This document shows positions 44,831 to 58,059 of a DNA stretch of 64,000 bases, one piece after another (the stretch's first letter is position 1; each line of letters starts with the position of its first letter). The DNA lies in the NCBI RefSeq assembly GCF_009914755.1, contig NC_060934.1; one strand, given 5' to 3'. Below the pieces are notes generated by a model. The model ran no database searches. It was not told the origin of the DNA and was given only the letters and a program-made list of their open reading frames with translations. Made by a program: the position numbers and the translations under genes. The stretch is from the human T2T-CHM13v2.0 reference genome, Homo sapiens.

Positions 44831-46556
44831 CTCAACAGGTAGTAATTCCTCCTTTTCTCTTGCCAATGCAAAGAAATGTTTCATTATATGTTTGGCGTTT
44901 TATACGGCCTCAATGGTATGATTTGGGGCACTGATTGATTGAAGACTTGATACTGAGAATCTAAGGGTAAACAAGCAGTGAATCCTGGAATATATCACAA
45001 TAGGTAACCCATTCAAAGTGCTTAGGCCTCCCTGGTTTTCTATTTTGGGTCATGTCTGTCTTAAGGAAACACTCTCTCTACCAAAGCTGAACTCATAAAA
45101 TAGTAAAAGTCCTCCCCCGCCCACACACACAAGAAATAATTTCCCATTATTAGCTGGATTTAATAAACATTTTCTTCCAAAAAAAAAATTTGTCCCTGCT
45201 CAGTAGACTTCTCTTTATGTGTACAAAGCACGTGCCAAGTTAAAGACCATGTCAGGCACACTTTGAGACACTTTCCGTTTTTTAAAAAGTTCTTTCTTAA
45301 TAAACATTCAAAAGGACCAATTTGTTTAAAAGTCTTTCAAAGCACAATTCACTACAGGTCGTAGAGTTCTTTAAACCCTCAGCAGGATTCTTTCTTGACT
45401 TTCTCATTGCTTTGTGCAATCTTTGTATTTAATCATTTATCCCCGAATTGGTCTTCGCAGTGTGGCTTTTAACAAGAACTGGGTTTTAGCCACATTACAG
45501 TAGACGCGGTGGGGGCGGAGGGCAGCAGTGGCAATCGCAAAATAAAACGTATCATAAAGTGGTAACGGTTCGTGATTTAGGCCAGTTGTTGAAAAATAAA
45601 TGCCTGTTATATAGAATCACAGAACTTGAGAGCTTGCGGCCAAGGGAAGTCGTTCATCGGTGGACCGACAGCGCCCCGGGCGGCAGAAAGAAGGCGGCGG
45701 CGGCGGAGACCCGGGGAAGTTGCCGGATTTTTAAAAAGGCACCTGCTGGGTGAGTCCTCACTGTGCAAACGGGAGCCACAGGTGCCCGATTTTAAGGGGC
45801 TACAACTCGGGAAAACTTAAGTCTGTAAAACTAAGTACGTTAAACTAAGTAAGTTCTCGCTGTGCACCAAGTTGATGGGGGCGATTATTTACGGCGGAGA
45901 AACTGAGTGGAGGAAGGAGGGAGAATTCCGCTAAAGTTTGCCTGCGACTGACAGCTAGGGAGTGACCTGGAAGCCAGGAAGAGGGGCAGAGAGGAAACTA
46001 AAGAAGTAGGTAAGAGAGTCAGTTTATGAAAATAGAGCCTGCTGTGGAGAGCAGCAGGCACACCTGCGGAGGAGGGGGCTGCCTCACCTGCGGGGCCGCT
46101 GCGCGCCCCCCTAAGTGTGTTAGCGGGGGAGGCGGGGCTGGAAAGGAAACCTGGTGAAGGGCTGGCCCGGAGCCTGGGGTGGGGATATTCACTGCGGGAT
46201 AGGGCCAGCAAGAGGACCCGACACGCATCGTCCCGAGTGACACGTGTAAATGTCAAGATACAGAGACATCTGCAAATGTCACCCAAGAGGGTGAGGACGG
46301 GGGAGCGGTCCCGAGGCTGTGCCCTCCGGGGCAGGTACTGGCTCCTGTGGGGCTGCGGGCCAAGTGTCGCCCTTCCCCAAGGAATTGGCACCTGGGGGCG
46401 GGGGGGTCGGTCTCGCCGCGCTGGAAGCGCAAGCCCCGGGGCTCCGGAGATGCGCCGGGGCGCGTCGCCCCTCGGGGCAGCCCTGGACCTCGGCGCGCCC
46501 AGGCGCAGCGTGCGGTGCCCTCGGCGGGGCGGGCAGCGAGCCGCCCTAGTTCGGCG

Positions 46557-46565
46557 ACTTACCTC
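46557..46565 (-). other. ADAM12: 5' splice donor of ADAM12 exon 1 (GAG|GTAAGT)
   Basis: Plus strand reads acttac|ctc, a consensus donor. Confidence 0.95.
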
Positions 46566-46650
46566 GGGCCTCGCAGGGCGCGAGCAGAGCACCGGCCAGG
46601 GCGAGCAGGAGGGCGCGGGCGGGGGACACGGGCAGCGGGCGCGCTGCCAT
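46563..46650 (-). CDS. ADAM12: ADAM12 (disintegrin and metalloproteinase domain-containing protein 12) coding exon 1, signal peptide; partial CDS
   Basis: Manual translation from ATG 46650 (context ACG-ATG-G) gives MAARPLPVSPARALLLALAGALLAPCEAR + 1 nt (88 nt), the recognised ADAM12 N-terminus. It ends at a GTAAGT donor (phase 1). Confidence 0.97.
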
Positions 46651-46980
46651 CGTCGCCGGCCTTCAGTGCAGCAGCTCTCGGGCCCGGCGGCGAGCGCTGC
46701 ACCATCCCACGCGGGCGCCGAGCCGGGGCCGGGCGTCGCGACCGGAGGGATTTCCTGCCTCGGCGAGTCAGCTCCGGAGCCCTCGCGCAGCGCCCGCGCC
46801 GCCGCTGAGCTCTTCTAGCCTTTCATTTTTAAAAAAGTTTCCCCCCGTGTGTGTGCGTGCGTGCGCGCGCGCGCGCCGTTCTGGCACAAGCCAGCCTTGA
46901 CCGTTGCAATAAATGAGCAAACTGTCCGAGTTGGCCCGGGGACTAGGAAGAGCGTTAGTGAGAGAAGGCAGGCCTGTGAA
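46651..46980 (-). other. ADAM12: ADAM12 5'UTR (exon 1); TSS position approximate
   Basis: Resembles the recalled ADAM12 mRNA leader (cactaacgctcttcctagtccccgggcc...). The exact TSS cannot be fixed from sequence alone. Confidence 0.75.
46846..46876. promoter_or_regulatory. Z-DNA-forming alternating purine-pyrimidine element (known ADAM12 exon-1 silencer)
   Basis: 31-bp uninterrupted alternation cgtgtgtgtgcgtgcgtgcgcgcgcgcgcgc in the 5'UTR. Corresponds to the published negative regulatory element of human ADAM12. Confidence 0.9.
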
Positions 46981-47544
46981 ATGGATCCACGGCCAGCAGT
47001 CACCGTTCTTATTACCGCGGAACAAATTATTGTCTCCCCCGCACCCCCGCCAGTTGGCGGCGTCCCGCGGGTCCTAGAGACCGCTCGGGTCCCCCCGCCA
47101 GGGTCCCGCCCCGAGCCGCGGCTCGCTCACCCCCGAGGGTGGGCGGCTCAGACGTGGCTCAGTGGCGTCCGGGCGCCCGGAGCGCACACGTCCCCGCCCC
47201 AGGATGATGTGGCCGCAGGGCCCGGGGCGCCCGGCTGCCAAGCGCACATGCGGCGGCACGGTCCAGCTTTTCAGGCTGAAGCTGGAAACGATGACTCTGC
47301 TACTCGCTCCCCGGCTCTCTGGGAACCCTCGGAGTGCGGGTCAGGTCTCCACCGCGGCCCACAGCCCGGCGCGCGACCCCGCCCGGCCCTAAGCGCCCAA
47401 AGGGGCATCTCTCGCCCGAGAAACAAGCTTGGACTCGCAGGCACAAGACACCTGGGCGTTACTTTTGATCAACAGTGTTAGGTTTTACGTTGATAGATTG
47501 GCTCACGTTTCCATTCCATGACCTGGACCCAGAAAAGGGTGTAC

Positions 47545-47670
47545 AGTGACGTTCCCCAAACTTTCCTGATTGTAAGAAGCACCTGGGTTGGCTTGTTAAA
47601 AAGATTCCCGGGCGCCCTCCTACGCTTTCAGAATGAGACTCTCCAGGCTGTGAGGCCAGGGGAGCCCAGG
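47545..47670. mobile_element. MER5-family DNA transposon fragment
   Basis: gttccccaaactt...cacctggg...cttgttaaaaagattcccgggc...cagaatgagactctcc. Confidence 0.6.
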
Positions 47671-48543
47671 GTGTTTGGAGAAACACCAATGAAAGAATGG
47701 TGCGCCTTGCCTTCTCATCCTTGTTCCGGGCTGACCCCACCTCTTCAGCCTCGCTCGGCCCTCAGGGAGACCATGAAAAGCAGCAGCGAGGGGGCCCGCA
47801 CAGACAGAAATGGCTGGAGCTATGGAGGATGGCTGATGCCCACCCTGCGGGTTACCATGATTCCCAACCTTGGGGACTTATTAGAATAGTAAGAGTTAAA
47901 GACATTGCCAGCCCCAGACACCAGTTAACTCAGTTTCCCACAATGCGTGGAGCTCAATAGTTTTCAAAGCCTCAGGTGATTCTACTGTGCTGCTCAGACC
48001 TAGGACCACCTGCAGAAATTCCATCCTGGTCCTGCGACCTCGCACCGATTCCTGACGGAGCACCCACTCCTAGGAGGCGGTTATCCAGCATTTGAGGAAG
48101 CTGCCTTCCATACCATCTCTTCCCACTGCAGAGGAGTTTTCTCAGGAGTTCCCTCCCACGGCAGGTTTTGCAGTGTTCCCAAAACCCAGGTCGATCCTCC
48201 TAACAAGGTGCAGGACTTTCTTTTTAAAAAACCTTAGTGGGAAGCACAGGCTCTCCAGCCCCCTTCCCAATGCTGCCATATCTCAGTACCAGATCTGGAA
48301 ACCAGGCCTGGTTCAAGCCCTGTGTCATATCTAACCGTACTACCAACCAGCGTTGCAGTGTACTTCTTTTGTTCATTCATTCAGTCAATCTACATGAGCA
48401 ACCCTATGTTAGAACTTGGGAAACTAAACGAGAAAGCCTCTTGCCTTCAAAGACTTTTCTTTCTGATCAAACTGATAAATCATCATTATTGGACAGTGTG
48501 AGCTAGTTACTTAACCTAGTTAATAATGATTAGGCTTGTTTAC

Positions 48544-48882
48544 TGATATGGTTTGGCTGTGTCCCCACCCAAATCTCATCTTGAATTCCCATGTGTTGTG
48601 GGAGGGACCTGGTGGGAGGTAATTGAATCATGGGGGCAGGTCTTTCCTGTGCTGTTCTCATGGTAGTGGATAAGTCTCAAAAGATCTGATGGTTTTAAAA
48701 AGAGGAGTTCCCCTCCACAAGCTCTCTCTCACTTTCTGCCTGCTACCATCCATGTAAGACATGACTTGCCCCTTCATGTCTTCTGCCCTAGCCATGTGGA
48801 AATGTAGGTCCATTAAACGTTTTTCCTGTATAATTTTACCCAGTCTTGTGTATGTCTTTATCAGCAGCACGAAAACAGACTA
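48544..48882 (+). mobile_element. THE1A/B solo LTR ~1.6 kb upstream of the ADAM12 promoter
   Basis: tgatatggtttggctgtgtccccacccaaatc...gaaaacagacta. tttac on both flanks. Confidence 0.92.
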
Positions 48883-50704
48883 TTTACTACTTCATAATTC
48901 ATTACATACCTCGTATAATCGGAGTATTGTGCTAACGTCTTTCACCTGCATTATTTCATTTTTTAAGTCCTGAATATACAGATGAGGAAACTGCAGCATA
49001 GAGATGTAGCTTTCCCACCACCACACAGTGAAGTAGGTCAGAGCCCAACCTCAGATCTGTTAAAGATAAAGCCTGTTTCTTTAAGGCTGAGTTCCAACCT
49101 TCAGTTTTAGCAGCTGTTAAGTGAAGGTAAAATACAAACCTCCCAGGTGGTTGTGAGCACCAGGTGAAATAATGCAATGTCTCCCAACCCACCTGATCCC
49201 TGGGATGTCTGTTAAGAATTCAATTCCTCTGGCGTTTGCACTGGAGATTCTCATTAGAAAGGTCTGGGAAGGACAAGTTTTAGCAAGTACTTAGGTGATC
49301 CTGATACTTGTGGCCCATAGAACTTCAGACACATCGACGCAAGAGAATTAAAAATTGTTTTCTTCCAGCTCAAAGGGCCAGATTTGCTTGCAGATGAGCC
49401 CAGCCACTGGCCTCTCGGATCCTTCTGACTGGTTAAATGGTTTATTCACAATGGACCTAACATGTGCTGTGCACTGGGCTGGGGGCCTTGTATACATTTT
49501 CTCTTAATGATCAATTTATTTTCGCTCTTTAATATTCAATTGTTAATGTTGACTGTAAAAGTCCAATTTCTTTTAAACCTGGATGTTGCAAAGCTTCCTC
49601 CAAAGAACTAAATGTGCCCCAAGACTGTCCTTGATTTGTTTCTGACTGAACGAAAGAAAACAGCCATTGCAGAGGAAAAATGAAGAAAAATAAAATCCTG
49701 GCTGCAAGCTCTGGATTTCAACCCTGTAATTCACCATCTCTGTGAAGCAAGCGGCCTGGGCTGACACTGTCTCCACAAAGCCTTCATAGACATCAATAAC
49801 AGCCAGCTAAGGCAAAGAGCAAATCCTGCGTCTGGCAGATGGTCTGTCTTTGGATGGAAATTCTGCCTCCTCATTCACAGGAAATGGAAGCCGACATCAC
49901 ATTCAATACTGGATTGTTAGGTAATGGTGTGGGGTCAGAGGCCAGGATCTACACACGAAAATTTCAGATAGATGGCTGGTTGTCCCTTCCTTTCTGGAAG
50001 AATTGACCTTTGCAATACTGTTTCCTGTGTGCTATTTTCGTTTAACAGCCTGGGCATTCACAACGAACAGGGCACTTATTTCTTACCCAAGCTCATGTAA
50101 GCTCAATCTGCTCTGAGTACAAGCAGATGAAAAACGGAGACAAACTTTCCTAAGCCAGGAATTTACAGGCAGCCACTGCTAATTTCTGCAGTAAGTGAAG
50201 AGCCGGCCTCCTTGCAGAGTGACCTATTGACAGAACTTCAGACACAGGCTTGCAGAACAGCTTTCCTCTCTCCAAGCACAGTTCCCAAGGCTTACTCCAA
50301 ACGTAAACAAATGTGATCACCCCAAGATTAAGATTCTTGGAAATCATTTTTATTCTATCTCTTGGAGAGATGAAAACTCCTGCTCCTCTCGGCGTATTAT
50401 AATAACATGTAGTCCATTTTTCTTTTCCTAGATCTCTCACTTCAAGAATCCATGCCTTCACCTCCTCAGAAACCTGCCCCCAGTGAACCTCTTCTGGGCA
50501 GATTAAACCCTCTTGTCTCTGATGCTTTCATTATTGCACAGAATTAGCACTTAAGTAGCACTAAACGCCAAAGAAAGAATGCTCCTGGGGCTGGGGACAA
50601 GGAACTCGGGGATGCGCTGTGTCACAAGAGACAGGAAAGGTCACCCCATCTATATTCATCTATGTCACCTACCCACTGACCAGTCAACTTCTCCAACCAA
50701 GTGA

Positions 50705-51069
50705 CAGTCATACTTCACTTAACAAAGATACATTCTAAGAAATGCATCATTAGGCAGTTTTGTCGCTGTGTGAACATCACAGAGTGTACTCACACATCTA
50801 GGTGGTACCGCCTACTACACATCTAGGTTTTATGGTATAACCTGTTGCTCCTAGGCTACGAACCTGTATGGCACATGACTCCACTGAATACTGTAGGGAA
50901 TGGTACAGCAAAAAGGCAGAAAGGTACAGTAAAAATACAGTGGAAAAGATTTTAAAAAATGGTACACCCGGATAGAGAAGCTCCATTATAATTTTATGGG
51001 AGCATCCTTACAAGTGCTCAAGTGCGTACCACGTGATTGACCAAAATGTCATTTGGTGACTCATGACTG
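50705..51069. mobile_element. Tigger3 (Golem)-type Tc1/mariner MITE
   Basis: Termini cagtcat...atgactg(TA). Internal aaatgcatcattaggcagttttgtcgctgtgtgaacatc. Confidence 0.8.
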
Positions 51070-51353
51070 TACTGTGATGGGAAACTTATTATGCCCCTCC
51101 CTACACACCCCCAGATTCCATTTTACGTACCCCAAGTGACTGACAGTACTAAGAGAAACAGACACCTCCTGGAGCAGCAGCAGCTGCTGAGACAGCCTCC
51201 TAGACCAGGTGCTTATCTCTCCCGCCATCAGCGGGGGCAGGCTGAGTGCAAAGCCAGCACGCAGCGAAAGGAAAAGGGGAATCTCAAAAACAAACATGAA
51301 CTATGACAAGAATGACCAAACATTTGAGGATACTTCATTTAAGAAATAGGGCT

Positions 51354-52520
<1,167 letters not shown>

Positions 52521-53479
52521 GTTATGCATGTAATAAAGCGAACATTCCATTTCTATGGATTTTTCTAGCTTTTGGAATGTCTTGATAATTTCAATATGAA
52601 GGGCACCCTTCTTGTTTATCAGCTTTGAAAACAGGGTGTAGATAGGGTGGCCATGGGTCCCAGTCTTGTCCTATTGTACTTATCAACGGCAGTCCCTTTC
52701 TCTCTCACTAGAGTCCTGATTTGTAAACAAAGTGCACAGTTATCCTGTCTGTAGATAAATGTTTCTTTTGTGCCGTGTCTTCAGGGCAGGAGGGATGGGC
52801 AGGCACACGTGCTTGGTTGTACATCTTGACTTGATTCCTTCCATGAAGGTTGGTTGGCTGAATGAGCTCGCTCGCGGTGATAGATACCAAGCCACAGCTC
52901 CCAAAGCAAAACTGGCTGAGGCCATGAAGACTCACAAGATTGTCTGAGTATCCCCACTACACGGTTAGCCAGTCACACAGTGATCTGATCTGGACTGCCG
53001 TTTCCGGAAGTTGTAAGACATTTTTCACCTCCTGCCAAAGTACCTGGGGCTCTGCTGGTGGCTGTATCTTGAATGCATCCAAGAGAAGATGTGATGAAAG
53101 GTCATGCTTGCTCTTTCTCTTAGAGAGAATCACCAGAGGAAGCATAGTGGCCCCACCACCCAGGCTGGCCACTCAAGTGTCAGGTTTCTGTTCCTGCAAG
53201 GATGCATGGACTCCCAGAAACCAGGAGGGCTGGGGTGGATGGAGGCTGGGGGAGGACTCCAAGGTGCTCTGGGGACAAGTCTTGGCCTCCCTATCCAATC
53301 TCCAGCAGGTTTCTTCCTAGGGAGAGAGGCCAGACCTACTTTACGATAACGCAGGAAAAGCCATCCCAAGACCTACATGCCTTATTGAAACTCCGTCTTT
53401 ACCTGATCTCTCTTGTGGCAAATTAGGCCCTTTGCCTCTTATTCTGTGCCCTTAAAATTGGCAAATAACTAGACACTGG

Positions 53480-53700
53480 TCCCACTTCATGTACTTGAAT
53501 ATAGTTCCCATTTTGTCTCTACTGTTTCAGGCAAATCAACCCCAATTTCTTTAATGTACCCCCTGGGTCCTATTCTCACTCTTTCTAATCATGTTTGTTG
53601 CTGTCCTTTGGCACCTCTCCAGTTTCTTGATTTCTCTTAAACTGTGGAGGCCAGATGTGGCTACAGAGTTCCAAGAAGGGTCTGCATGAAGCCAAGGGAA
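53480..53700 (-). mobile_element. Ancient CR1/L3 fragment
   Basis: aatcatgtttgttgctgtcctttggcacctctccagttt...tgtggaggccagatgtggctacagagttccaag resembles the antisense CR1 RT region. Confidence 0.55.
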
Positions 53701-54996
53701 GCAGAGCACTGGCTGATTGCGCCTAGTGGGGTCTCTCTGCAGCTGAGACTTTTAACTCCTTTTTGGAGGCCTGACCTAGTTTCTACTCTGAGGATGAAGA
53801 AGCGATTCTGGGTCTGGGGAGGCCAGCTGCTCTGAGAGCAGGGTGGCTGACCCTGCACCCATCCGCTCCCAAGCCCTGCATGTGGTATGTGCAGTCCCCC
53901 TCCTTTACCATGGTTATTTCAGTCTGCTTCTTAGACCTCAATTTTCTCCGCTGCTTCAGTTTCTCTCAGTTCTGCATCCTGGTGAGCACTTTTGTCCAGG
54001 GCTCCATTCTCCCTAGAATTAACTCCTTGATGAGCTCAGGCAGAAGAGACAACTCAGAAGTACCAGGGCCTGGGATCAATTGTTGTTTCTCCTACATTAA
54101 GCTCTGGTCTGGACTCTAATGCAGCTTTAATTGTTTAGCAGTTACCAAGCATTTAAAATTTTCATCTCCATCAGATCCTGAGCCAGCAGCACCCCACTGC
54201 TGCAAGTCCCCCAGCACTCCTGAGTGAAGGAATTATCCCACCGCCTTCCTGGATAGAAACTCCAGCATTCCTTTCCCTAATATCCCTAAGCCATACTCAC
54301 AATGTTCCAGCTTTCTTTGTCCTAGGCTGAGCTGAAAAATAAAGAACCAATAGTTGAGGAAGCGTCCCCACAGGTTAAGGACACAGACACAGATCCTGCC
54401 TTCAAAGACCTCCTGGTCTTATGATACAGAGAATGGCTTTGAGCCTACCTAAAATAATAACAACAGGGCCTGTCCTGCAGCCACTCTGTCCAAGGCCTCC
54501 AAGATCTCATCAACCCTCATTGAGACAGTTAACTACTCCTCCTCTTTTGAGAGGAAATGGTGCCTTTGAGAAGTGGCTTGCCCATGAACACAAAACTCAA
54601 AAGTGGTCCACCTGGGATTGGAGGCTGGGTCTGTCTGACTCCAAAGATCTTCCATTTCATCTTCTCCCTGCCAGTGCTGGTCCAAAACTCGAGTCATCGT
54701 TGGCCCCTTCCTTTCTCTCTCCCTGAACCACACCCATCAAGTCCTGTGCATGCCACCTCAGAAATATCCCCCTGGCTCTGCCCTCTCCATACAATCCCCC
54801 AGGGTAGATAACCATGGTGCCTCCCCTCAAAGACAGGGGTAGGGTCCTGAGGCTTGTTTTGTTGTTATTCTAGCCACTGCTCCTGCAAAGGCACTTTTAA
54901 AATGGAAATCTGACAAAACTTTCATGGGTCCTCATTGTCTTCAGAAATATATTGAATCTACTTCATGAGACATACAAGGCAATTTGGGGTTGGTCC

Positions 54997-55360
54997 TGAT
55001 ATGGTTTGGCTGTGTCCCCACCCAAATCTCATCTTGAATTGTAGCTCCCATAATCCCCACATGTCATGGGAGGGACCCAGTGGGAGGTAATTGAATCATG
55101 GGGGTGGGTTTTTCCTATGCTGTTCTCATGATAGTGAATAAGTCACATGAGATCTGATGGTTTTATAAAAGGCAGTTCCCCTGCACACACTCTCTTGCCT
55201 GCTGCCATGTAAGACATGCCTTTGTTCCTCATATACCTTCCACCATGACTGTGAGGCCTCCCCAGCCATGTGGAACTGTGAGTCCATTAAACCTCTTTCC
55301 TTTATAAATTACCCAATCTTGGGTATGTCTTTATTAGCAGCATGAGCACGGACTAATACA
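54997..55360 (+). mobile_element. THE1C/D solo LTR (within L2 remnant ~54890-55810)
   Basis: tgatatggtttggctgtgtcc...gactaataca, both termini intact. Confidence 0.92.
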
Positions 55361-58059
55361 GACCACAGTCAGCACTCCCAGGCTCCTCTCTTTCCTGCCA
55401 CCTGACACAGCACCATCCTCCAGTCACATGGCACCACTTGACTTTTGCAAAATGTTGACCATGTCATGGTTTTCCATGTGCTTCTCCCACTGTCTGAATG
55501 CCCTCCTCTTCCACTCCGTAGAGGATCTATCCTTCAAGGTCCAGAATGGCACCATTTCCTCTGTGATGCCTTCTCTACCTCTTCAGGCAAAGTGAACATT
55601 TCATTTTGTGCTCCCACAGTTCTGTGTATCCGCTGATAGCATGAGGCTTAATGCTTGGTGGTATAATTATTGCTGGGCAAGCCTGTCTGCCTTGCGAGAT
55701 AGGGATCCCCTTGGAGGTAACCCCGTCTTGCTCACTCTTATTGTCCATGCCTAGCTCAGTGCCTAGGAAAGAGAAGGCACAGGAATTTCTGGTTAAGTGG
55801 ATAAATGAACCAGTGTGTGCAACCACGTTCCCATCTGGGTCTTTAGGAATTTTTCTCTCTATATAGTTTCCCAATCCAGGCTTAAGGACAGGGATTCCAT
55901 GTAAGTGTATTTATTGCTGAGGTTCAAGACAATAAGTGGACAATATTTCATTTCTCTCACAAACTATTTTTCCAATAACCTCCCTAATTATTCCAGTTAA
56001 GGCTCATTACCATTGCAAATCAAGTTTGAACTGATATTCACAGAGCTAGCAATCTGTACTGGGACATGTTTTATTTTTGAAAATCTTTGATTTTTAACTA
56101 AGTCTGTTACTTCTGGTACTATTTTAAAATTTAATAGAAACAAAATAAAACTCTTTTAAGGCTCTAAACAACCTCAAACTGTGTTTTGTTCTGGTAATCA
56201 GACAATACATAAGGACTGTGGTTAGTTGGAGATATTGCCAACAATGGAAAAAATAAATATGAGCCTGAGTCAGAATAATCTGAAACCAGAAATGTGTGTT
56301 GGTAATAACTCAGAAAGTCACATGGAAGAGCCTCGGTCACAACACCAGATTTGATGGTTTTTCAAAAATTACAATCTCATATATTAGAGAGCCCCTTCCA
56401 CCTGGTAGAGTGCCAAGAATTCTTACAAAATTGAGTCTTGAGAAATCAAAATCCTGCACCATCAGGAAAATGCTGTCTCTGTTGGGGGTAAGATATAGAC
56501 AGTCTGGTGCATGGAAAAGTGGCCCCCAGTGATGAGGACACAACATTGTCATTAAATGGGAGACTGTTAAATCAGGTAAAAGCCATTCCTGCAGCCTGAG
56601 CCTTTTAGGCACTTTTCCAGCAGCAGAGCGGGAACTGCAGCATCACTCTGGGTGGGGGGGTTACGGAATAGGATTCCATGTCCAATTCCACTGCACTGAA
56701 ATACCAGAAGCATGACCCAATAATGTGGTTTTGCTATTCAACACCAGTGCTTATTCACCTACCCAGGGAGGGGAGAAAGTATCCTGCTTATTCATCCCCA
56801 AGCAGAATGTTGCCCTCAACCCCATGCTGGGCTTCCTAATGACATCAGGCTTAAATCTGCCACTTGGTCCTGATGACCAGCAGCCGTGATCTCTGCCCTG
56901 GAAAAAGAAGATGCAGGCAGCAATGGTACCGTAGAGTGTCTGGTGTCACCCTTGTACCCCAAATGGTCCTCTAGCATTTAAATTAGCCTTAGCAGAACTG
57001 GCACCAGAGGTCTAAACATGAAATCTTTCTAGAGCTGAATGCTATTTCCTTCTTCTGCCTAGATTTATGGCAATTGACCTATTTTACAGCTCTCTTACTG
57101 ACCTACTTTCAAGTTCTATTTCGGAAAGTGACACAAAAGTCTTTTGTATCCCTGCAAAAGAAGAAGAGGCTAAAACACATACATAGGCACCCATGAACAC
57201 TTACACTTGCAGAAATCAAGGCCGGAGTAATTTTCCAGAAAGGAGCATTTGTTTTCTGTCACCAAAAAAAAAAAAAAAAAAAAAAAAATTAAACTCATCA
57301 GAAAGTACTTTAAGAAGTGTCAACAGTACTTCAAAACTAAATATAAATATATATGTTCAAAACCAATAATACGTATAATTTATTAGATCTTATTTTCTGG
57401 TAAAATACCTGCGGGGTAATGTCAATGCATGTTGGTGGAAAACTTCATTTTACACACAGAAACCAGGCAATTTTTATATGAGTCATGGTAGATTTAGATG
57501 CAAATGGCCCTCTAAACGTCTCCTCCTGCTTAGTGTCACTTTAATCAGAGGTTGCATATCTGAGCTGTAACCCCATAGTAAACTGGAGGAATAAAAATTA
57601 CATATCTGTTTAATGAGAGAGTTGTGTTCTGGTTAGCAAATGACCCGACATCCGGCTCCCAAGCTTGGGTAATAAGGCTGCCCAACAAGATGCTATGATA
57701 ATGGCAATTATCATTGAAGTAGCACGAATTACAGCCAAACACTTCACATATGTTATTTATAAACTTCCCTATTGCCCTGTGAAGTATATTTCAGTTTCAC
57801 AGATGAAAAATGAAGGCTCAGTGATATCAAATAATCAAAACCTTAAAACTACTAAGTCGCAAACTAGGACTCAAACACAGGACTGCCTAATTCTAGAATC
57901 TACATTTTCTTTCCATAAACCATAATGCCTCTTGTAAAAGTCAATTCTACCCAAATGTGTACTTAAATCCTGTGATTATCCTACCACTAGTTAACCACTT
58001 GGTTTCTGTCATTTACTGCCCACAGAATGGGAGTTCTCCTTAGCATTGATCAATTTTTA

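Larger units (their letters stand above)
45500..47450. promoter_or_regulatory. ADAM12: CpG island / ADAM12 promoter, exon 1 and start of intron 1
   Basis: Very high GC and CpG density (core ~46060-47440) against a CpG-depleted background. Contains GC boxes and surrounds the first coding exon. Confidence 0.95.

Noticed and set aside
46385-46401. CTCF-like word GCACCTGGGGGCGG
   Set aside because: Mismatches at core positions, and such matches are common in CpG islands. Not supportable without ChIP.
45885-47481. 150-235 aa ORFs across the CpG island
   Set aside because: Low-complexity Arg/Gly/Pro/Ala products of stop-poor GC-rich DNA. The real coding segment is the 88-nt ADAM12 exon.
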